Shown here one piece after another: positions 1-10,171 of a stretch of 64,000 nucleotides of DNA. Each line of letters opens with the position of its first letter. Within the stretch, counting starts at the first letter, position 1. Location: contig OY970223.1 in the NCBI GenBank assembly GCA_963714015.1, forward strand, positions 2,784,001 to 2,848,000. The letters run 5' to 3'. Both the position numbers and the translations under genes were made by a program. The notes under the pieces are model-generated. The model was given only the letters and a program-made list of their open reading frames with translations, made no database searches and was not told the DNA's origin. Origin of the DNA: Vulcanimicrobiota bacterium (GTDB lineage Bacteria; Vulcanimicrobiota; Vulcanimicrobiia; Vulcanimicrobiales; Vulcanimicrobiaceae).

Positions 1-728
1 TCGCCGCGCTTGCTGACCGCGACGATTTGGGTCTGCGTATGCACTTCGATGCCTTCGTCCCGATAATATCCCGTGAGCGCATCCCCGATGTCGTGATCTT
101 CGCCGGAAAGCAGATGCCGGCTGCGCAGCACGATACTTGTTTTGACGCCCATACGCGCAAAGAATTGCCCCAGCTCGCAGCCGATGTAACCGCCGCCCAG
201 CACGATGAGCGATTCCGGCAACGCGCTCAATTCGAGCGCGCCGTCGCTGTCGATGTAGCCAGTTTCTTCAAGTCCGTGAACGGCGCTCCCCGGTGCGACC
301 ATGCTGCCCGTTGCAATGATGAACTTCTTCGCCTCGATAATCAGGTCGGAACCGACCTGCACTTCGTGGGGTGAAATGAACCGCGCCGGTCCCTGGTAGA
401 GCGGAAATGTCTCGATGCCCTCGATGCGATAATCCGCAAACCCTTTGATAAGCTCGCGCTTGCGACGCATGATGTGCGGAAAGTCAATGCTAATGCGTTC
501 CGCGTGTATGCCCAGTTCGGCGGCCTCTCGCATGTCATGGGCCGCATCGCTGGAGGCGATGAGCGTCTTGCTCGGCATACAGCCGCGCAAAATGCACAAG
601 CCGCCAAGGGGCCCATGATCGATAAGCGCGACATCGGCGCCGCAATCACGTGCGGTGCGTGCGGCGGCAAAGCCGCCGGAACCGGCTCCAACGACGAGGA
701 CGAAATGATTCTTACGCTGCATAGCCAT
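1..728 (-). CDS. Pyridine nucleotide-disulfide oxidoreductase (dihydrolipoamide dehydrogenase/mercuric reductase family), runs off window edge
   Basis: Manual translation of minus strand from ATG 728: VLVVGAGSGG FAD motif, GGLCILRGCMPSK redox disulfide, IIATGS, IVLGGGYIGCE; no stop before window edge so absent from ORF track. Confidence 0.9.
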   Translation of the reverse strand, partial: MAMQRKNHFVLVVGAGSGGFAAARTARDCGADVALIDHGPLGGLCILRGCMPSKTLIASSDAAHDMREAAELGIHAERISIDFPHIMRRKRELIKGFADYRIEGIETFPLYQGPARFISPHEVQVGSDLIIEAKKFIIATGSMVAPGSAVHGLEETGYIDSDGALELSALPESLIVLGGGYIGCELGQFFARMGVKTSIVLRSRHLLSGEDHDIGDALTGYYRDEGIEVHTQTQIVAVSKRG

Positions 729-1714
729 TAGGGAGACTTGGAATACACCGGCATTGGACGCGCGCCCAGACGATGGACCGACTCGATGAAGCGCACCGTT
801 CCGTCCGAGTGCATGACGACCGAGTGCGTGCGAGCGTTGTTCCCGAAGAAGCGCACGCCCCGCGTCAAATCGCCGTCCGTAATGCCGGTCGCGCAGAACA
901 CGACGTGCGCGCCTTTGATCAAGTCGTCGATTCCCAGCATGCGATCGCTCTGACCGAAGCCCATGGCTTTGGCGCGCTCGACCTCTTCGGCGTTACGAAA
1001 CTCGAGCCGTCCCATGAAATTCCCGCCCATGCATTTGAGTGCGGCTGCGGCAAGCACGCCTTCGGGCGCGCCGCCGATCCCCATAGCCACGTGAACACCG
1101 GTTCCCGGCACGGCGGTTGCAATACATGCGTCCACGTCGCCGTCGGAGATCAGTTTGATGCGCGCGCCGACCTCGCGAACCTGACGAATCAGCTCCGTGT
1201 GGCGCGGGCGATCGAGGATGACGACCGTGACGTCGTTGATCGGTTTTTCGAGCGCGTTCGAGACCGCCTCCAAGTTGTCGCGCACCGACGCGTCGATGTG
1301 CACGTACGGGGCGGCTTTGGGGCCGACGGCGAGTTTCTTCATATAAGTGTCCGGCGCGTTCAGCAATCCGCCGCGCTCCGAGATAGCCATGACCGCGATC
1401 GAGTTGGGAAGGCCGTTTGCAACCAGATTCGTTCCCTCGACGGGATCGACCGCGATGTCGACCTCGAACCCTCCGCGGCCGAGCTCCTCGCCGATGTACA
1501 GCATGGGCGCTTCGTCACGCTCGCCTTCTCCGATGACGATGCGGCCGGAAATCTCCATGGCGTTCAAGCTTTCGCGCATCCGCTCGACCGCGGCGCCGTC
1601 GGCGGTGTCGCGCTCTCCGCGGCCCATCCACCGCGAGGCCGCGAGCGCTGCGCTCTCCGTCACTTTCACGAAATCCAGCGTATTTATCGGGCTGGTTACC
1701 GTCCTTGCCGTCAT
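728..1714 (-). CDS. glpX: Class II fructose-1,6-bisphosphatase
   Basis: IVIGEGERDEAPML, DIAVDPVEGT, LISDGDV, GIGGAPEGV motifs. Confidence 0.97.
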   Translation of the reverse strand: MTARTVTSPINTLDFVKVTESAALAASRWMGRGERDTADGAAVERMRESLNAMEISGRIVIGEGERDEAPMLYIGEELGRGGFEVDIAVDPVEGTNLVANGLPNSIAVMAISERGGLLNAPDTYMKKLAVGPKAAPYVHIDASVRDNLEAVSNALEKPINDVTVVILDRPRHTELIRQVREVGARIKLISDGDVDACIATAVPGTGVHVAMGIGGAPEGVLAAAALKCMGGNFMGRLEFRNAEEVERAKAMGFGQSDRMLGIDDLIKGAHVVFCATGITDGDLTRGVRFFGNNARTHSVVMHSDGTVRFIESVHRLGARPMPVYSKSP

Positions 1715-1764
1715 GGTCACCACGCCGTTTGGCTACAAGGGAACACCGACGATTCCTTTAACTG

Positions 1765-3350
1765 TTGCTCCTCGTGTCGGCCCACGCAGAACATTCCCGC
1801 GCCGCTGCGCGAATCGTACTTCCTTCCGTCGACGTATTCCTGACGGCCGGCTGGGGGCCGCTCGTCGTCGTCGCTCTGTCCGGCCTCAGCTTAGGATTCT
1901 TCTTCTGGGACCAAGGCGTCATACCGACGCATCGGCCAACGCTGATTCAAGCCGGTCTGCTGTTCTTGCCGCCGCTGTGCGCGCTCGCGAGCGTGGGATT
2001 GTGGCTGTGGTACGGCCGATATTTCTCGCTGCGCACCGGCGTGAGGTATCAGCGCTCCCTCGAGTACGACGCTTTGGCGTGGCTGCCGTTCATCGGATTG
2101 TGGCTCACGTTCATGATCCCGATCTCGGTCTCGCACGGAAGCAGCCGTTTACTGCTTTACTGCTTTGCGGTGTTCTGCGCCGTGAAGCTCGCGGTGGCGG
2201 TGCGTTTCAATATGACCGTGCGCGAAGTCACGATCGATTTCATCGTTACGCGCTTTGCGATCATCGTCATTGCGGAACTGGCTGCGGTCATTATCGGCCA
2301 ACGTCCCGGCGTGCACGTCCAAGAATCGCGCAACCTGCTGCTGAACGTCTGGGGACGCTGGGATGCCGTGCACTACATCGACATCGCGACGGTCGGATAT
2401 CACGGGACCGACATGGCGTTCTTCCCGCTCTATCCCCTGCTCATCGCCGCGCTGGGAGTGTCGATCGGCAACCATCTCATCGCGGGCCTGGTGATCTCGA
2501 ACGTCGCCTTTTTCTTTGGGCTTCTCTTTCTCTACAAGCTGCTCGAACATGAATACAGCCGGGACGTCGCCCGCCGCGCGATTTTCTACGTTTCGATCTT
2601 TCCTACGTCGCTGTACTTTTCGGCGGTATATCCGGAGTCGCTCTTCTTTATGCTCTCGGTCGCCTCGTTCTATTACATGCGCGGGCGGCGCTGGTGGATG
2701 GCGGGGATCATCGGATTCTTTGCGGCGATGACGCGGGTCGAAGGCGTACTCTTGACGGTTCCGTTTGCAATCGAGTGGGTGACGGCCCATTGGAACACGT
2801 TCAAGGAGATGCTTCATCCACGCGGCACCGAGTGCGTAAGGTAACCATCGACGCATTGCCGGTGCTGCTGATCCCTGCGGGGCTGGCCGTGTACATGTGG
2901 TATCTGTGGGTGCTAAACGGCGATCCGCTTTACTTCTCGCACGTGCAAGTGAATTGGAACCGGCACCTGGCGGCGCCATGGACCGCGATCTGGAACTCCG
3001 TTCACAAGATCGCGACATCCGCCGCCACCGGCACGGTCGCCGGACAACAAACCGTTGCGAATCAAACATTGGAACTGGTCTTCACCGCGTTGATGATCGG
3101 CGTGCTGCTGGCGGGGTCGCGAAAAGTCAAATCATCGTACATTGCGTACATGGCGATCTCGATTCTCGTACCGCTCTGCACCTCGAGTTTGATGTCGATG
3201 CCGCGCTTTGCGCTCGTGCTCTTCCCGATGTTTGCGATCTTCGCGCTCTGGGGAAGCCGGGCGGCAGCCAACAACGCAATCGTTGCTTTCTCACTGCCGC
3301 TGCTCGGCCTGTACACCGTGCTTTTCGCGGATTGGTACTGGGTTGCTTGA
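1765..3350 (+). CDS. GT-C membrane mannosyltransferase-like protein (PIG-V family); one frameshift near 2830
   Basis: RWDAVHYIDIA, AFFPLYP, YPESLF motifs in ORF 1765-2844; continues in ORF ending 3350 (SMPRFALVLFP); many TM segments. Confidence 0.8.
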
Positions 3351-3741
3351 CCTGATTCAACGCCGCGGCGTACGGCAGTTCGTCAAGTTCGGCACCGTCG
3401 GCGCCACGGGCACGATTGTGAACTTCGTGGTTGCGCACGGCATTCAGAAGGGCGCCCCGAGCTTTCCGTGGGTCGGGGATTTTGCGATTGGGTTCATGGC
3501 GGGCGGCGTCTCGAATTGGTATCTGAACCGTATCTGGACGTTCCGGTCGAGCGCACATCCCGGCCGTGAAGCGCTTCAGTTTTTAACGGTCTCGGCGATC
3601 TCGCTCGGCGTCGGGTCGCTGATTTTCTTGTGGCGGCCGTTCGGTAATCACTTCTCGTTCACGTGGGCTGCCGCAACGCTGGCGGGCATTTTCGTCAACT
3701 TTTTCCTGAACAAGTATTGGACGTTCAAAGACGCGACCTAG
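3343..3741 (+). CDS. GtrA family lipid-linked sugar flippase
   Basis: QFVKFGTVGATGTIVN, NWYLNRIWTF, NFFLNKYWTF; about 4 TM; TTG start inferred. Confidence 0.88.
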   Translation: MLDLIQRRGVRQFVKFGTVGATGTIVNFVVAHGIQKGAPSFPWVGDFAIGFMAGGVSNWYLNRIWTFRSSAHPGREALQFLTVSAISLGVGSLIFLWRPFGNHFSFTWAAATLAGIFVNFFLNKYWTFKDAT

Positions 3742-5327
3742 GCGCGCTTGCCTGGCGCGCCGCACTGGGTTCGATTTTGCTGCTCGGGCTGGTTCTGCGC
3801 CTGAAAGGCATCCACGATCCGCTTTTGGACCACCCCGGTTGGCGCCAAGGCGATACGGCTTCGATTGCCAAGAACTTCGCGACGCTGCAGTACAACATTC
3901 TGTACCCGCAGACGAACTACGACGGGCCGCCGCCCAACTACGTCGAGCTCGAACTCCAGATCGTTCCCTTTATTGCGGCGACGCTCTACAAGATTTTCGG
4001 CGTTCACGAAGTTTTCGGGCGCGTCATTACGATCGTCTTCAGCTTGGGAACGGTTGGAGTCGTCGGCTGCTTCGCGCGCTGGCTGTTTCTGAGCGACGTC
4101 GCGGGGCTGCTCGCGGCATTGCTCTACGCGATCATGCCCGGCAGCATCTATTACGGCCGCACGTTCACGCCCGATGCGACCATGGTGTTCTTCATGACCG
4201 CGGCGCTCTACGCGATTGCAAAGCTGCTGCTGCAAAGCGATCGCTGGACGCCGCGTGCGGTTTCCAGTTCGACGTTGCTGCTCGCTTTGGCGTTCTTAGC
4301 AAAGCCGGTTTCGCTGGTGGCGCTCGTCCCTATTGCAGCGCTCGCGGTGGTTGCGTTCCGTTCCCGCAAGCGCCTCGAGTGGGAGAGCCTCGCCGTAATC
4401 GTCATCGTTCCGCTGCTCCTCCTCTACGGCTACGATCGATTCGTGTCCGCACATGCGGAATGGCACTGGGCCTCGGGGATTACGACGCTGCACGTGCTTC
4501 CGGCTCTGGGACAATCGTTACGCAGCGCGGCGGCGCTGCATTTCAAGTTCACGCAGTTCCGTCTCGTTCTCGGCATGCTGGCGTGGATTATGATCGGCCC
4601 CGTCATCACCGCATTCGCGATTCTCGGCTGTTTCTTTACGCCTCCGGGCACGCGTTCGCGCGCGCTGCTGTGGGCTTGGCTCGCGGGCGGCCTCCTGTAC
4701 ACATACGTAGTCGTCACGGTGGAGCGCGTGGACTATTACATGTATCTCATGCTTCCGCTGGCCGCGCTTACGGCAGCCGCATTCCTTTCGCGGCTGTTCG
4801 AGGCCGTTCGTGAGAGCGCAGCCCGCAAAGAGCTGAAGTATGCCGCAGCGGTCGTGGGATTGCTGGCGCTTGCCGCAACGATTTACCAGAATCGGCAGAT
4901 TGTCGCGCCGTACTACCGGTACAGCAAGGCCGTCTATCGTGACGCCATTGCGCTTGATGGGACGCTACGGCCGGGACTGCTGGTCGTCATGGGACATTAC
5001 GATCCGTCGGTGCTTTATTATATCGGGCACTACGGCTGGGAAGAGGATCCGTATCTCTGGACACCGTTCGACGAGCAGAGCGCAATCCGCAAAGGCGCCC
5101 GGTACTACATCGACATCGAGCGTAACCGTTTCAACAAAAACGTCGAGCTCTGCGCATGGATGCAGCGCTTTCCGGTACTGGACACGAACGCGCGCTGGCC
5201 GGTCTACGTTACCGACCCGGCACTGGTCTTACCGAGCGCCGGCGCGCAATGGCGTGAATTCCGAAATGCCGAAAAAGCGGGCGATGCTCGCGCGTGGCTG
5301 GACGCGCACGGAATGTGTCTGAAGTAG
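3717..5327 (+). CDS. ArnT/PMT-like (GT39/GT83) membrane glycosyltransferase
   Basis: WRQGDTASIAKNF luminal motif, multiple TM helices; start uncertain (ORF from 3663). Confidence 0.8.
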   Translation: MDVQRRDLGALAWRAALGSILLLGLVLRLKGIHDPLLDHPGWRQGDTASIAKNFATLQYNILYPQTNYDGPPPNYVELELQIVPFIAATLYKIFGVHEVFGRVITIVFSLGTVGVVGCFARWLFLSDVAGLLAALLYAIMPGSIYYGRTFTPDATMVFFMTAALYAIAKLLLQSDRWTPRAVSSSTLLLALAFLAKPVSLVALVPIAALAVVAFRSRKRLEWESLAVIVIVPLLLLYGYDRFVSAHAEWHWASGITTLHVLPALGQSLRSAAALHFKFTQFRLVLGMLAWIMIGPVITAFAILGCFFTPPGTRSRALLWAWLAGGLLYTYVVVTVERVDYYMYLMLPLAALTAAAFLSRLFEAVRESAARKELKYAAAVVGLLALAATIYQNRQIVAPYYRYSKAVYRDAIALDGTLRPGLLVVMGHYDPSVLYYIGHYGWEEDPYLWTPFDEQSAIRKGARYYIDIERNRFNKNVELCAWMQRFPVLDTNARWPVYVTDPALVLPSAGAQWREFRNAEKAGDARAWLDAHGMCLK

Positions 5328-5341
5328 CGCCCAACGAATCG

Positions 5342-5992
5342 CTACGGTACGGGCAGCAGTGACCCTTCCGGAGCCGACGTAGTCGATTGTGCCGCGGCCG
5401 GAACGCCCGACTCCACCAACTGACGGTAGGCGATGAGCCGGTTCGTGTTCTTGGCGACGTCCAGTTCCAGCTCGTACGAACTCTGAATCGCCTTCGTCAG
5501 CTCCTGCGTGTCGTACGTGTAGCCGAAATTCTTGAGGTCTTTCAAGATGCTCTTCGTGTTGAGGGCCGCGTAGGATTCTTGCATCTGCAGGCCCGCGGCT
5601 TCGTACGTCGGATAGTTGGAAATGACGATCTCGCGTTTGAGGCGCGCGTCGTCGATCCGCGAACGCAGCGCCTGCAGCCGTACGCTCAGCGGATCGAATC
5701 GCTGCGCTTCGTTGAGGGTACTCAGCGCGTCGTCGAAATCGCCCTTGCGATAATCCGTTTCCGCGATGTCCGCGGCGGCGGTCGAGAAGCCGGCTCGCGC
5801 CCGCGCGTCGTGCAGATTCACGCGCAGGGCTAAGCGGTACGCCGTTTCGGCTTCGTGCAGGCTGCCCCGGTCCAGCGCTACGTCACCTTGATGAACGCGC
5901 GTATTGACGATCCAATGCTCGACGCTGCCGGCACAGCCGGAAAATACAAGCATGCTGCAGAGAAGTGCACAATATCGCCAAAAACCGTTCAT
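5342..5992 (-). CDS. TPR-containing lipoprotein, unknown function
   Basis: Lipobox FSGC; TPR-like helices (EAETAYRLAL, DDALSTLNEA). Confidence 0.65.
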   Translation of the reverse strand: MNGFWRYCALLCSMLVFSGCAGSVEHWIVNTRVHQGDVALDRGSLHEAETAYRLALRVNLHDARARAGFSTAAADIAETDYRKGDFDDALSTLNEAQRFDPLSVRLQALRSRIDDARLKREIVISNYPTYEAAGLQMQESYAALNTKSILKDLKNFGYTYDTQELTKAIQSSYELELDVAKNTNRLIAYRQLVESGVPAAAQSTTSAPEGSLLPVP

Positions 5993-6007
5993 CGCTTTTC
6001 CGAACCT

Positions 6008-6925
6008 CTAACGCCCATGGTTGACCAGGTGAGCTACTGCCGCGATGATCCATGCCGCGGGCCACAGCAGCACTTGAGAAAGCAGCCACCCGATTATTGC
6101 CGTAAGCGAAAGATAGAAGACCATGGCCTTGACTTCCTCGTGCGGGCGCTCGCCCTTGACGGCCTCGTCGACGATAATCGACGAAGTCGGGTCGACGAAG
6201 AACGTAAAGGCAATCGTTCCGATTCCGTTGATGATGCCGGAAGTTCCTATGGCCGTTCGTGCAACGTTCACGTCAATCACGCTCGCGTAATAGGCCGCGA
6301 CGACGCCGATCGCATAGATCCCGGTAACGACCACGTTGAATATAAGGAGCCGTCTGGGGATGTTCCGGGTTGAAAAGGCAAAAATTTCGCGGTAGTGCGG
6401 TACCCGCAGATGTGAGACGACGTTCCAAGCGACCCGCACGTCGGCTAGACGGGCGAGCGAATGCGGCAACGACTTGGTCCGCTCGAACGAACGCACGCCG
6501 CGCACGTACATATACGTGAACATGGGCAGCATCAGGCTTCCCAGAATCGTACCGAACATGCCGGCAAGAATGATGAGCCGCAATTGCCATTCAAAGGTGT
6601 GCTGCACTTGCGCGACGGCGGCAGCGGCGCCCGGAGCGATCGGGTGGCTCACGAGCGCCTTGACGGCGTTCCCGGCACGATCCGAAAGCGGGCCCAGCAT
6701 CAGCGTGTAGACGAGCGTGGCCAACCGGCTCGCGGTTACGAAAAGATTGAAGAGCGAAATCGACGTCGCGATGCGCCCCGTGCGCACGCCCGCCAAACGC
6801 GCTGCGTAGGCGCCGATCTGAATCGCTTGAACGACCACGTTGATCGCCAGCGCGGTCGCAAGCTGCCAACTCCAGAACGGTATGGCCGGCGCGATGCCGT
6901 TATGCAGCGCTACGGTTCCACTCAA
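6008..6925 (-). CDS. amj: Amj family (DUF2837) lipid II flippase
   Basis: RLAGVRTGRIATSISLFN, GTILGSL, SGIINGIGTI..FVDP motifs typical of Amj. Confidence 0.8.
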   Translation of the reverse strand: MSGTVALHNGIAPAIPFWSWQLATALAINVVVQAIQIGAYAARLAGVRTGRIATSISLFNLFVTASRLATLVYTLMLGPLSDRAGNAVKALVSHPIAPGAAAAVAQVQHTFEWQLRLIILAGMFGTILGSLMLPMFTYMYVRGVRSFERTKSLPHSLARLADVRVAWNVVSHLRVPHYREIFAFSTRNIPRRLLIFNVVVTGIYAIGVVAAYYASVIDVNVARTAIGTSGIINGIGTIAFTFFVDPTSSIIVDEAVKGERPHEEVKAMVFYLSLTAIIGWLLSQVLLWPAAWIIAAVAHLVNHGR

Positions 6926-8168
6926 CCGAGGCTTCGTCGACGGGACCGAGCACGCATAGACCCAGGCGATCCTCCGCCAGCAGTTCTTGCGCCAGCGTCT
7001 GAATCTCAGCGGCTGTAACGGCTTCGACCTTTTCCTCGATCTCTTCGGTCGTCAGCTGACGTCCGAGCGAAAACTCGCTGCGTCCGAGGCGAATCATGCG
7101 GCTCGAGGTGCTCTCGAGCGAGAGCGTCAAGCTGCCCTTGATGTGCTCCTTGGCCAGACGCAGTTCCGAGTCTGTGACCGGCGTGTCCCGCATACTCGCG
7201 AACTGCTCGCCGACGACTGAGACACATTCGCCGACGTTCTGGGGCGAGGTGCCTGCGTACACGGCGAAAAGTCCGGCGCCGCGGTACCCGGCTTGAAAGG
7301 AATAGACCGTATACACGAGCCCGCGCTTCTCGCGAATCTCCTGAAACAGGCGGCTCGACATCCCGCCGCCCAAAATCGTGTCGAGCACCGTCAGCACGTA
7401 CCGGCGATCGTCGCGAACCGAAAGGCCGCTGGTGCCTAGAACCACGTAGGCTTGCTCGCTGTCCTTCGAACGGAATAACCTGTTCGGTGTGGCAAGGGGC
7501 GATTCCGGAACCGGCAACTCGCACGAACCGCTGAAGGGCTCGAAGGCTTTTTCGATCATCGCCACGACCTCGTCGTGCTCGACGTTCCCCGCAGCTGCGA
7601 TCAGTACCGAGTTGGGCGCATAGCTGCGTCGCATGTGCGCGCGCAGATCGTCGGGCGTCAAACTCGTGACCGTGTCGGCGAAGCCGATCGTCGGCGCGCC
7701 GAGATTGCTGCCCTCCCACATCGTCTGAATGAAGAGATCGTGGATCAGCTCGTCCGGCGAGTCGTCGTACATCTTGATCTCTTCGAGGACGACTTTTTGT
7801 TCTTTGGCGAGCTCTTCGGGATCGAAGCGAGAGTTCAGGAACATGTCGGCAAGCACGTCGACCGCTAGCGGAAGATGCTGATCCATGACCTTGGCGTAAT
7901 AGCAGGTCGTCTCTTTGTCCGTGAATGCGTTCAGATTGCCGCCGATCCCGTCCATCTCTTCGGCGATGCGGCGCGCCGTGCGCGTCTGCGTGCCTTTGAA
8001 GAGCATGTGCTCGACCAAGTGCGAAACGCCGCGTTTTTCGGGCGCTTCGGCCGCGGATCCGACGTCGGCCCAGATGCCGATCGAAGCGGATCGAAAGGCC
8101 GGCATCGATTCGGTGATGACGCGGACGCCGTTGCGAAGTGTGGTCTTGCGATACATGCCCGGTCTCAT
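6900..8168 (-). CDS. M16 (pitrilysin-like) zinc peptidase
   Basis: HLVEHMLFKGT inverted zinc motif; GGGMSSRLFQEIREKRGLVY. Confidence 0.95.
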   Translation of the reverse strand: MRPGMYRKTTLRNGVRVITESMPAFRSASIGIWADVGSAAEAPEKRGVSHLVEHMLFKGTQTRTARRIAEEMDGIGGNLNAFTDKETTCYYAKVMDQHLPLAVDVLADMFLNSRFDPEELAKEQKVVLEEIKMYDDSPDELIHDLFIQTMWEGSNLGAPTIGFADTVTSLTPDDLRAHMRRSYAPNSVLIAAAGNVEHDEVVAMIEKAFEPFSGSCELPVPESPLATPNRLFRSKDSEQAYVVLGTSGLSVRDDRRYVLTVLDTILGGGMSSRLFQEIREKRGLVYTVYSFQAGYRGAGLFAVYAGTSPQNVGECVSVVGEQFASMRDTPVTDSELRLAKEHIKGSLTLSLESTSSRMIRLGRSEFSLGRQLTTEEIEEKVEAVTAAEIQTLAQELLAEDRLGLCVLGPVDEASVEWNRSAA

Positions 8169-8680
8169 TTTAGAGCGGTCCGGGCCCACTCCTGGTCCCA
8201 GAAGACGCCGGTCCCTTGCCGCATGCGCGCCAAAAGCGCATCGGCGCTCTCGCCCCGCCGCACGGAAACGCTGAAAACGGTGCGCGACGCCGGTTTGGCA
8301 AGGTCGCCCGAGACGACGATATCTTTACCGACGCGTATGGGAACGGTGGCCCAAACGTCGACCTCGTCGGGGGAAGACGCCGCAAAGGCGTCGTGCACCA
8401 GCGCAGCGATCTCGTCCAGGAATTGCTCGCGGCTGAGCGCGTGGTGAAAGTGCACCCCCGATACGTGCAGTCCCGCTACCCGAAAAGCGCCGATGCCGCT
8501 CTCGTAGACGTTCAAGACTTGGGCGGGCCACTCGGTGCGGAAGATCGCCCGGCCCATACGAACCGCGAGCGGCTTGAGATTTCCGGACGCGCGCGCATAC
8601 GCGTCGCTCGCGCCGACGCCGGGCGCCGCGGTGGGGAAAAGCGTCTGCGCCGCGAGCAGCAGACTAATAACTCTGAGCAA
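8165..8680 (-). CDS. Hypothetical exported protein
   Basis: ORF overlapping both neighbours in operon; N-terminal signal-like segment. Confidence 0.6.
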   Translation of the reverse strand: MLRVISLLLAAQTLFPTAAPGVGASDAYARASGNLKPLAVRMGRAIFRTEWPAQVLNVYESGIGAFRVAGLHVSGVHFHHALSREQFLDEIAALVHDAFAASSPDEVDVWATVPIRVGKDIVVSGDLAKPASRTVFSVSVRRGESADALLARMRQGTGVFWDQEWARTALK

Positions 8681-10133
8681 AATAGGCGTTGACCTTTGCC
8701 GGCTCTCCGCATGCGACGCACCGAGATCCCGGCTCTTCCAAGTCGCGGGTGTTGCGCGAGGTCGCGCTCGTTTGAGCCTTCACGTCCGCCTCGCACTCTT
8801 CGCGCGCGCACCACGCGATGTCGATCATTCCCGCGCGCGACCGGCATTTTTCGAAGAACTCCTCGCGATCGCGCACGACGAGCGTGTGCGAAACCAGAAA
8901 TTCGTTGGCCCGCGCGTACATCGACTCGTGAATGCTCTGCAGCAGTTCACGCAGCTTCATACCGAGCTCCGCGAAGCTCGCCGGCGTCTTCGCGCCTTCC
9001 TCGCCCTTCTCTTTATCCCGGCGCACGAGCATCACGCTGCCGTTCTCCAAATCGCGCGGACCGATTTCGATCCGCACCGGAACGCCGCGCATCTCCCATT
9101 CGCTGTATTTCCAGCCCGGCGTTTGATCGCGATCGTCGACGCGCACGCGGAATCCGGCGGCGCGCAGTTCTTTTGCGAGCTCGTGCGACTTCGCGACCGC
9201 GGCAGTATTGCCGCCGCGTACGATTGGAACGAAGACGGCTTCGATCGGCGCAAGGTTAGGCGGAATACGAAGACCGCGATCGTCGCCGTGCGTCATGATG
9301 ACGGCGCCGAGCATACGCCACGACATGCCCCAAGAGGTTGTGTATACGTGCTTGATTTGCTGATCGCTGTCCGCAAACGTGATGTCGTACGCTTTGCTAA
9401 AGTTCTGGCCCAGATCGTGCGAGGTCGCAGACTGCAGCGCTTTGCCGTCCGGCATTAGGGCCTCAATCGAATAGGTCTCAACCGCACCCGGGAATCGTTC
9501 GTTGGCGCTTTTGGCTCCCGAATAGACCGGAACAGCCGCGACGCTGCGAGCGAAATCTTCATAGACGCCGAGCATCTGCAGCGTCTCTTCGCGCGCTTCC
9601 TTTGCGGAGGCGTGGGCCGTGTGGCCTTCCTGCCAGAGGAATTCCATCGTGCGCAAAAAGGGCCGCGTCGCCTTCTCCCAGCGCAGCACGTTGACCCACT
9701 GATTGATCAGCACCGGCAGATCGCGATAGGACTGAATCCACTTAGCGTACATGACGCCGATGATCACTTCGGACGTCGGGCGAATCGCCAACCGCTCTTC
9801 GAGTTTTTCCTGACCGCCTTCGGTGACCCACGCAACTTCCGGCGCAAAGCCTTCGACGTGCTGCGCTTCCTTAGTAAGTAAACTCTCGGGTATCAGGAGC
9901 GGAAAATAGGCGTTCTCGTGGCCGGTCGCTTTGAAGCGCTCATCCAGATGCTTTTGGAGATTCTCCCACATGCCGAAGCCGTGCGGACGCAGCACCACGC
10001 AGCCGCGCACTGGCGAATACGAAATCAGTTCCGCCTTCAGGCAAACAGCGGTATACCACGCAGAGAGGTCGGCCGCCTTAGGCGGAATCTCTTTGACCAG
10101 CGGTTCTTGAGAATCTTGGGGTTCTTCGGCCAT
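8664..10133 (-). CDS. proS: Proline--tRNA ligase (archaeal/eukaryotic type)
   Basis: HVEGFAPEV, IRPTSE, PFLRTMEFLWQEGHTAH, TSHDLGQNF, C-terminal Cys cluster ending AQSY; start at MAEEPQ. Confidence 0.97.
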   Translation of the reverse strand: MAEEPQDSQEPLVKEIPPKAADLSAWYTAVCLKAELISYSPVRGCVVLRPHGFGMWENLQKHLDERFKATGHENAYFPLLIPESLLTKEAQHVEGFAPEVAWVTEGGQEKLEERLAIRPTSEVIIGVMYAKWIQSYRDLPVLINQWVNVLRWEKATRPFLRTMEFLWQEGHTAHASAKEAREETLQMLGVYEDFARSVAAVPVYSGAKSANERFPGAVETYSIEALMPDGKALQSATSHDLGQNFSKAYDITFADSDQQIKHVYTTSWGMSWRMLGAVIMTHGDDRGLRIPPNLAPIEAVFVPIVRGGNTAAVAKSHELAKELRAAGFRVRVDDRDQTPGWKYSEWEMRGVPVRIEIGPRDLENGSVMLVRRDKEKGEEGAKTPASFAELGMKLRELLQSIHESMYARANEFLVSHTLVVRDREEFFEKCRSRAGMIDIAWCAREECEADVKAQTSATSRNTRDLEEPGSRCVACGEPAKVNAYFAQSY

Positions 10134-10171
10134 GACCGGCCCGGTATTCCGAGCGTCGGGGTCAGGTTCCC

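Noticed and set aside
773..1843. Long antisense ORFs (also 8535-9458, 50907-51860, 54508-55410, 62057-63085)
   Set aside because: Shadow ORFs of GC-rich, codon-biased genes, with no recognisable motifs
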